Of a stretch of DNA of 64,000 bases, positions 54,898 to 64,000 are shown piece by piece. The first letter of the stretch is position 1. Each line of letters starts with the position of its first letter. The position numbers and the translations under genes are program-made. Source of the stretch: Neocallimastix sp. 'constans'. Its lineage: Eukaryota. The stretch covers positions 1 through 64,000 of the forward strand of contig JBODTK010000145.1 in NCBI GenBank assembly GCA_050613775.1, given 5' to 3'. The notes beneath the pieces were generated by a model, which saw only the letters and a program-made list of their open reading frames with translations, ran no database searches and was not told the DNA's origin.

Positions 54898-55384
54898 GTA
54901 ACTAAAATTATTAGTTACTTAAAATTTGGATAATTTTTATTATTATTTTTTTTTTTTTATTTTTTTTTTAAATAACATTATATTAATTTTTGACCCCTTA
55001 AATGAATTAACAATATAAAAATAGTTTATCAAAATTATAAAGTGTAATAATAATAATTATACTAATAATTACAATAATTACAAAAATTACAATAACAATA
55101 ATAAAATAATAACAATGAATAATTATAATAATTATTAATTATTATTAATTATTATAATTATTATAATAATAATATTTATATTAAATAATAATATTATTAA
55201 TTATTATAATTATTATAATAATAATATTTATATTAAATAATAATAATAATTATAATAAATAATAATAATAATAATTAAAAGATATATATATATGTAACAA
55301 TATTTAATAGATATGTTTTATAATTATAAAAATAAAATAAATAATAAATAATAATAATAATATATTAGTTTTTTTTTTAGAATT

Positions 55385-56050
55385 TTGAGCATGTTTTTGA
55401 CCAGTTGAACGATCAAAAACATATGTTGTTCAACTAGCTAGGTTTTGCATAACTTAGCTATATTTCTGCATATATTATTTTTATGAACAATATGGTTGAA
55501 TGATTGTATTTGTATGCCATTTTGCAACACATTTTGCTAATATATATATATATATAAACATTCTGCAAAAATGACTATGTTTTTGAACATAAAATGCATA
55601 TATTTGGCATACAAATACAATATGTCTTTATTTGGAAGCCCATATTAATAGATGAACAACAAAGGTGTTTGATGCTAAAACTATACCATTTAAAAACTCT
55701 ACCATTTTCATCAAAAATAAAAATAAAAAAAATAAAATAAAAATAAAAATAAAATAAAAATAAAAATAAAATAAAAAATAAAATAAAAATAAAAATAAAA
55801 TAAAAATAAAAATAAAATAAAAAATAAAATAAAAATAAAAATAAAATAAAAATAAAAATAAAATAAAAAATAAAATAAAAATAAAAATAAAATAAAAAAT
55901 TAAAAAATAAATAAAATATATATGCATAGTTTTAGCATAACCATAGCATAAATATACATATATTAGCAATATATGCTTATATTATTATTATTAATGTTCA
56001 AAAAAGCTATGTTGTTAATTGATAAACATATGCATATATTGCTAATATTT
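55385..56050. mobile_element. Multi-inverted-repeat (foldback/MITE-like) element with internal (AAAAAT)n
   Basis: Perfect inverted repeats: 55391-400/55413-422, 55403-410/55428-435, 55503-519/55605-621, 55580-590/55994-56004, 55672-684/55926-938 and 55960-976/56032-048. Confidence 0.55.
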
Positions 56051-56382
56051 AAAATTATAACAATAATTAAAAGGTATGCATTTCTTATTATAGTATTAAA
56101 ACAATAATATAATACTAATAATAAAAATAATAATAATAATTAAAAGGTATATATAATATAGTATTAATAAACAATAATATAACACTAATAATAAAAATAA
56201 TAATAAGATTTTTATATATAATTTTAATTATAAATTACAATAATAAAGAGTTATATTTATAATTATATAATTATAATAATATAATATAAATAATAACACA
56301 AATAATAAAATATATACATTTTCATTAATAGTAATGAAGAGTTATATATATTAATAATGTTAATAATAATAAAAGTACGTAA

Positions 56383-57170
56383 ATGAGTTCATTAGAAAAG
56401 ATAATTGATTCAACATACCCCAAAATAATAAATGCAAAAAAAGATTTATTAAATAAATATAATCTTAATATCAATAAAAATAAAAACGATAAAGCTAAAA
56501 AAAAATAGAGTGTTCGAAATTTATAATAAAACCTTTTTTACGAATGATTAAAATTTACAATAGACAATTGCAAAAAAAAAATATATATATATATATCTTC
56601 TTTAATTAAAAATTTCATAAAATATGATATTCGTTTATTAGGTATTATTTTTGATAAATTTAGTTTTTATGATAATGACCTTATTAAATGGTTACTATTT
56701 CAAAACAATTATAAGATATCATTATCTTTTCCAATTTTTAAAAAAATAAAATTTAAATAAAAATTAAAAAAAATTTGAGAGTATACATTATTTAAATTTC
56801 GCATGTAAAGTTGAAAATGAAACTCTGATTATATATTTTATTGAACATGGTGCTGATATATATATATATATAAAAAGAGACAAAAAAAAAGAGACCCCAT
56901 TATTTGTTGTATGTAAAAATGGAAATTACAATTTAGTAAAATATTAAATTTAACATTGATTAAATATAAATAAAACAAATAATTGCGTTGAAATTTCACT
57001 ATTTAATACTTGTACGAGTAGAAATTAAAATTTAGTAAAATATTTAATTGATCATGATGCTGATGTAAATAAAATATATAAAAAAGAAGCAGGTGTCACC
57101 TCATTAACTGAGGTGTGCTGTGGATATGAATTGAAAAGAGCATTTTTCGCGTTAAAATATTTTCATTCTA
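56383..57170 (+). pseudogene. Ankyrin-repeat pseudogene
   Basis: Fragments LNFACKVENETLIIYFIEHGADI, ETPLFVVCKNGNYNLVKY* and LVKYLIDHDADVNK, broken by stops, frameshifts and (AT)n insertions. Confidence 0.75.
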
Positions 57171-57490
57171 TTATTATTATTAGTATTATTAAATATATAT
57201 TTAACTATATTAAATTTATATCACCATTATATTTACTGGAACAGTATTGTAATAATAATGAACTATTGATTAACATTTATTTATATATATATATATTACG
57301 TAAACATTTTTTAAATATATATATGTATTATTATGACTTTAATTTTTTAATTAATTAAAATATTTTAATTTTTTTTATATAAAATTGATACAAGTTGTAT
57401 TCTATCGTAAATTGACACCTTTAAATTAAAAATTAAATAACACATTAACTGAATTACATTTTTCATTATTTTCATTTAATGCTAAAACTG

Positions 57491-57525
<35 letters not shown>

Positions 57526-58114
57526 TATTAATTTTTATATATAATATATTTATAATTATTTTTTTAATTTGTATGGTAAAATAATATTTTTTTTAATTTC
57601 TATAAAAAAAATTAAAAATAAAAATAAAAATAAAAAATAAAAATAAAAAAATAAAAAAATAAAAATAAAAATAAAAAAAAAAAATGAAACAAAAACAAAA
57701 AAAAAAAATAACTATAATATTAGTGTTTATTTATATATAATTAAAAACTAAATAATTATAATATATATTATTTAAATAATATAAATAATGTAAACAATAT
57801 AAATGTTAAATATAACACTTAAATTCAGAAATGATATTTATATTTTATTATGTGTTTATTTATTTATTTATTTATTTATTTATTGCTTTTACATTTAGAA
57901 AGACCTTCTTCATTCAAGAATATGTTATTACATGTTATTTATATTTATTTTCTAGTCTAACATTATTGGTAACATTTAACGTTACACTGCATTATATTAT
58001 CGAATAAAAAAATATTTTACACTTAATAATGTAGTATAATGTACAATGTAATTAAACACATAACTGTGATATTTAACAATAAATAATATAATAAAATATC
58101 TAAAAAAAAAAAAC

Positions 58115-58817
58115 TTTTTTTTTTTTTTTTTTTTTTTATAGACTGAAGACTTTGGTCTTCCCCATATAGTAATATGGGTGTATGATTAACTGCCATACCG
58201 GTAAGGCGTCGACGTTCTCAACTCCCCATAAGCAAAGAAACTCCATATAGAAGCACCCTACGCGATCCTCGAGGGAAAGCAGAGCCAACTATAGGTGGCG
58301 TCCTTGCCATCCCAGAGGAGCTGGACACTGTAAATCCTCTCAGACAAGGCTTACGCAATGGGATTCTTATAGTGTTAGAAATATAGAAAACTTAGAAAGT
58401 ATACCTACCTGAGTATCGTTTAACCCCTAACCTTTCACGCAAAACCCAAAGGTAAAAAAAAAAAAAACAAATAAAAAAAATTGTTTTTTTTAAAAAAAAG
58501 ACCAATGTTACACAAAAAATTTTATTTTATTTTATTTTATTTTTATTTCTTGTCACTGCCCTTAGTTCTAGACCCTCCTTCAAGGGGCAGTAGGAATATT
58601 TAGGTAGTAACAACATAATGTCACTGTTGGACAGACTTACTGAGTATTCAGGATTTGGCGCTCTGACATACATATTAATTAAATTTATATATATATATAA
58701 ATTTTTTTTTTTATTTATAAAAAAAAAAAGGAACAATTAATTTTTATTGGAATTTATTTATATATAATTAAGACTAAATAATTATTATATATATAATTTA
58801 AATAATATTAATAATAC
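58115..58817 (-). mobile_element. Poly(A)-tailed retro-insertion (SINE-like or LINE 3' fragment) with 28-bp target-site duplication
   Basis: T23 at 58115-58137 is the poly(A) on the minus strand. The body is GC-rich and structured. Identical AAATAATATAATAAAATATCTAAAAAAA lies at 58081-58108 and 58818-58845. Confidence 0.75.
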
Positions 58818-59743
58818 AAATAATATAATAAAATATCTAAAAAAATAAATAAATAATATTCATTTTATATTTTATTTATGAATGTTGCACAAAAGATTTC
58901 TTAGTAAATTCCGGTGTTTTATGTTGGCGTTAAGAACGCCTTTTTTTTTTTTTTTTTTTTTTTTTTTATTTCATTTAATTCTAAAACTTCTTAAGAATTT
59001 TCATTAATTTATCATTTATTTATAATATGAATAAATGTTAAAGAATATTTTATTATATAAAAAATATTTTAAAGTGTACATAACAATATTTTATGTTTAG
59101 TCAACATTATATAGTAAATATAGTGTGGCTTATGTATATTTTATTCATACTAATCAACGTGACTACATTAATTTATATTATTTAATGTAAATTATATTTA
59201 TATTTCTGACAATAAAGAATTACACAAAATAGTCTAGAATACACAAAAATAAATCTTATTTATATTTATTTACACTTTTATAACTTTAATTTCTAAATTA
59301 TCAATAACCATAAATAGATTAAATTAAATAAATAAAAAATCATTTAATATTAAATATTTATAAAATAGAAATAAAGAATCATTTAATATTAAATATTTAT
59401 TAATTAATAGAGTTAATATGTCTGTTTCTTTTTTATTTTGTATAAATTAAAAATTAATTATAATTTTAATTTATTTTAAACAAAAAAAAAAAAAAAGGAA
59501 AAAAAAAATATATAATATATTATATTAGAAAGGTATATAAAGAAAGAGTTTTTCCGATATTTTATTGAAAAAAAAAAATAAAATAAAATAAACAAATTAT
59601 AAATAGAAAATATATAATTTAGTTTATAATTAATAAATAATACTACTTCATAAATTGAAATCGAAATAAAGTAATTAGAAGCAAAACAAATTTAAATAAA
59701 TCAAAATAGCATAACAAATTTAGATAATTATTTAAAAATTAAA

Positions 59744-59787
<44 letters not shown>

Positions 59788-59864
59788 GAAGAAATAATTT
59801 TAAATAAAACAAATATAAATATTAAAATAAAAAAAAAAAAAGATTCAAACTCTTTAGAATAAAC

Positions 59865-62800
59865 ATGATGGTATTATATATTTAAAAATTATATTAATAT
59901 TTTTATTATAATTATTATTATTATTATTAATTTTTATTTATTTATTTATTTATTATTATTATTATTACTTTTTTTGATATTTTAAATAAATTAATAATAC
60001 TAAAATTATATTTAATTATTTTTATATAAAAGCTTTCACAATTAAAAGTTTTATTATTAAAAAATTTCTTAACCATAAAAAGGGATAAGAGAGTTTTATT
60101 AATTTATGTAATAGGTGTTTTTTATATAGTTTTTATTGAAGGTATTGTCTTAATATAGCACAAATACAATTATATTTAATTCAATTGTCATATATATATA
60201 AACATTTAATATAAAATTACTTTATAAATTTTAAATACTGCTTAAATATAAAATATTAATAAATAATGCTATAAATTATATATTATTAATATTATTACTA
60301 GTTATAACTGGTTTTTTATACTCATATGAAGATAGAAATGAAACCTATATGAGAAGTGGACTTACTTCATTAAATGGAATGAAAAAATCCGATAATACAT
60401 ATTTAGGTTTTATATATCCAAATAGTAGTAATGAAACAGAAACTATAACAAATTTAATTTTGCAAAATAAAATTTTTAACTCTTCAAATATAGAACCAGT
60501 GATTTTGAAAAGCGAAAAAGAATTAGAAGATTTAAATGAAAAAGGTGGTGTTTTAGCAGGTATTGTTTTTTCAGATAATCTTTTAAGCTATACCATTAGG
60601 TTGAATCATGAATATGTTCCAGATCCAAAAGATGAATCAACCACTAGTGATTTTATTTTAAATGTTAATTCAACCAAAACAGATGGTTATTTCGATTATT
60701 TTGTTCCTCTACAAAGTGCAGTAGATCAAGCCATTATTCAATATAAATCAAATTCGTCAGTGAATATTAATTCAAATTATGGTTCATTAGCTGTAAAACT
60801 ACAAAAAGTGGAGGAACCTGATATAAATATGTTATTATTTTTTGCACTATTTTATGTCTATTTTGTTGCAATGTATATACCGATATATGTTGTAAGTGAA
60901 AAAGAAGAAGGAGTGAAGAAAAATCTTATTATCAATGGAGTATCCGCTTTTACATATTATTTTTCATGGCTATTACTCTTGACCATTATGTTATTTATTC
61001 CATATATAATAGTATTCCTAGTTAACATTTTATTTAAGACATTAAGTATTGCAAATAATATTCTTAATATTCTTTCACTTACTTTGTTTGTTATCGGTAT
61101 CCTTCCATTAATGATGTTTATTTCATTATTCTTTAGCAGCTCAAAAACTTTTACTCAAATCATTGCCTTAATAGGTGTTTTTATAATGTATATTCCATTA
61201 ATATTTAAACACAGCCAGGATTCAGTTCTTATTTTTGATTACGTTTTTATTTGTTTCCCTGTTGTACGTATGTTAAATAAATCTTTTCAAAATAATGCCA
61301 ATGGAATTACCTCCTTCATTGACGTATTTAAATCTTCCTTAAACTTTATTATTTGTTGTATTGTATGTATTGCACTCTTTACTTTATTATTATTAATATT
61401 TGATTCCTTCATTAGTGAAGAGAATGATTCCATTTTAGGTAAATTATTTAGGAAGAGAAACAAAAAAGGTGAAAGAAATGATTATGATGTAGCCACCTAT
61501 TCAGAAAAGTACAAGGAAGATATTGAAGTGTATCCTACCAATGAAAAATGTATCGCGGAAATATCAAATGTTTTGAAAAAATTCAAATATAAAAAGAATT
61601 CGCAAGCCAATACAAATAACGATAATTTATTAGTAGATGGTAGTGAATTTTGTGCAGTTAATCATGTCAGTTTTAAGGTCTATGAAAATGAAATCTTTGG
61701 TATTTTAGGACATAACGGTGCTGGTAAATCAACACTTATAAATATGATGATTGGTTTACTTAATCCTAATGAGGGACATATATATTATGATGGAGAAAAT
61801 TTAATTACAAATAAAACCAAAATTCGTCAATTATTTGGTAAGTTTATTTCAATAAGTTAAATTTTTTTCAATTTTTTTCAATTTTTTTTTTTTATTCTTT
61901 TTTTTATTTTAAAATTAAAAAATAATATATTTTTTTTTTTAGGTATTTGTCCTCAAAATTGTGGTTTATTTAATAAATTAACTGTCAGGGATAATTTAAA
62001 AATATTTGCAGGATTAAAAAATATAGATATTAATGTAGATGAAATTTTGAAAGAAGTTGGCTTGTTAGATGAAAAGGAAAATATTGTTGATGTGTTGAGC
62101 GGTGGTCAAAAGAAAAGATTAAATATTGCTATTGCATTTATGGGTAATCCAAGATTTGTATTTCTTGATGAACCTACCACAGGTTTAGATCCTCTTTCCA
62201 GAAGAAATATGTGGAATTTAATTATGAAACATAAAAATGGAAAAGCTATCTTTTTAACTACACATTATATGGATGAAGCTGATATTTTAACTGATCGTAA
62301 ACTTATTTTACAAAAAGGTGTCATTCGTTGTCTTGGTTCCAGTATGTATTTGAAGAAACATTTCAATATCATGTATAATCTTCAAATTGAAACTAATAAC
62401 AGAAATATAACCCAGCAAATTGTTCATAAACATATTCCAGAAGCTATTGATATCCAACAAAATAATAATAATAATAATAATAATTATAGTAGTTATATTA
62501 ATACTAATAATAATGTTAATAATGAATATGGTCATGTTTATACCTTTAAATTACCTATGAATTCAGTTTCCAGAATATCCGGATTACTTAATGAATTAGA
62601 AGGACCAGCTAAACAACAAAATATCATTAATAAATTTTCAATTACACTTCCATCCTTAGAAGAATTATTTATTCGTTTAGAATTACAAAAAGATAAAAGA
62701 GATAATGTTCATGAGGGTAATAAAAGTGAAAATGGTACAGATGGCAATAACGATTCAGTAATTTTAATTAATAAAAGAGCAGTTCTTCCACAATGTGATG

Positions 62801-64000
62801 AAATTAAGGAAATTAATGATTCTGAAAGAATTTCCATTTTAACAAAATTAAGATATAAAATTTATCTTAAGAATAAGACTTTATTATTCAATTCTGTTTT
62901 ATATCCAATTATTTTTGTTATTATAGTTTTCTTCATTTTGAAATATTCTTTAAAAGATAAGAAAACTGAATTCGAAAGCTTAGACCTTACCTACGGTAAA
63001 AATCAAATGTATAAAGAATCCCTTTGGAATTTTGTTACTGAGGAATCCAGCACTCTTGATGCTAATACGTTCAGTAGTGTTCTTGGAAAAGAAAAAATGA
63101 CAGAGATTAATAATTTAACGTTGGATGAAACAATCTTAAGTCGCAACAGTACCATTGATGATCTTAAGAACTTGTACATCCTCTCTCTTACTGGTAATAA
63201 AACTAGTAATAGCTATGACTTTGATATCTATTACAATAAATTATTGACGCATAGTCCACCAATTATTTTCAATGGTCTCTCCAATGCCATTCTTAAATCT
63301 CAAAATATTAATGAACAAATTACCGTAGCCTCTAAACCTTTCTCCTATTATGATAACATCATTGGAAGTAAGATATTTAATTATGCTCTCACATTTTTAT
63401 CCGTAGCTGTTATTTTCAGTCTTTCTACTTTCGGTATATTAATGATTCGTGAAAACGTTAATGGTTTGAAAAAGCAACTGCTTTTAAATAAAGTGAATAG
63501 TAAATGTTATTGGGTCTCTTGTATCCTTATTGATTTCATCTTCTTTGGTATAGTTTGTTTTTCCATAGTAGTCATTGGTTTAATCTTCCATTTTGAATCC
63601 TTCTATCAAAAGTATTCTTTAATTGCCTATGTTTTTATTATTTTAGCTAGTATCTTTGGATCATTGTTCTTCCAATATACTCTTTGCCTCTTCTTTAAGA
63701 AGGAAAACTTAGCCTATTCCACCATCTCTTTAATTCATGTTGCACTTCTCCTATTAGGCTATAATATTCTTTTGAATGTAAATGAACTATCTCTAGCTAA
63801 GACTCCCAATGTTCAAACGCTTTTAACGGATTCTACCGTAAAATATTTCGGTATCTATTCATTTCTTTATCCTCCATTTGCCATTATCGTTGGTTTCTAC
63901 TTTACAATTAAGATGAATATTCAACATCAAATCTATGGATTAGAATTGACTAAAGACAAGTATTTTGATTCCAAGAATGGATTTTCAGTGGTATTAATGG
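59865..64000 (+). CDS. ABC transporter, subfamily A (full-size; partial, continues past the window); exons 59865-59870, 60033-60141, 60302-61837, 61943->64000
   Basis: ABCA N-terminus LSQLKVLLLKNFL, then TMD1 with an exoplasmic domain, Walker A GHNGAGKST, GICPQ, signature LSGGQKKRL, Walker B VFLDEPTTGLDP and LTTHYMDEAD, followed by a second TMD. The first micro-exon is less certain. Confidence 0.93.

Noticed and set aside
58143..58149. CTGAAGA as a hammerhead ribozyme core
   Set aside because: No properly placed GAAA or stems I/III follow.
58421..58432. TAACCCCTAACC as a telomerase-RNA template within a structured GC-rich island
   Set aside because: It would specify TTAGGGG rather than TTAGGG, and no convincing pseudoknot or CR4/5 was found. 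The poly(A) tail plus 28-bp TSD explains the island better as a retro-insertion. Worth revisiting only if the telomeres are TTAGGGG and the locus is single-copy.
57780..59260. A second multi-hairpin element interrupted by the 58-kb insertion
   Set aside because: The sequence texture is suggestive, but only short imperfect inverted matches were found by eye.

Overview
Extremely AT-rich eukaryotic DNA with spliceosomal GT-AG introns and abundant homopolymer and microsatellite tracts. Composition and gene content suggest an anaerobic gut fungus (Neocallimastigomycota); this is an inference. From left to right: (1) 1-13.4 kb is a nested tandem-duplication zone with three copies of a 39-aa-period ankyrin gene (one intact, one frameshifted/truncated, one relic) and three ~1.72-kb units carrying a dead LTR-retrotransposon gag-like fragment. 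(2) An intronless 649-aa ankyrin gene. (3) An intronless bacterial-type GNAT acetyltransferase, probably a recent horizontal transfer. (4) A 4-exon G-protein beta subunit. (5) Two tandem 3' fragments of one LINE family, the second 'stuttered' by pervasive slippage expansion. (6) An Osm1/Frd1-type fumarate reductase with an N-terminal anchor and what looks like a vestigial cytochrome-b5-reductase-type FAD domain. (7) A small membrane protein. (8) A 12-exon TTC7/Ypp1-like TPR gene. (9) A secreted five-domain chagasin (I42) protease inhibitor. (10) A 32-bp minisatellite, a multi-hairpin element, an ankyrin pseudogene and a poly(A)-tailed retro-insertion with a 28-bp target-site duplication. (11) An ABCA transporter that runs off the right end. 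No rRNA, tRNA or CRISPR array could be supported. All homology calls come from motif recognition by eye, without database searches.
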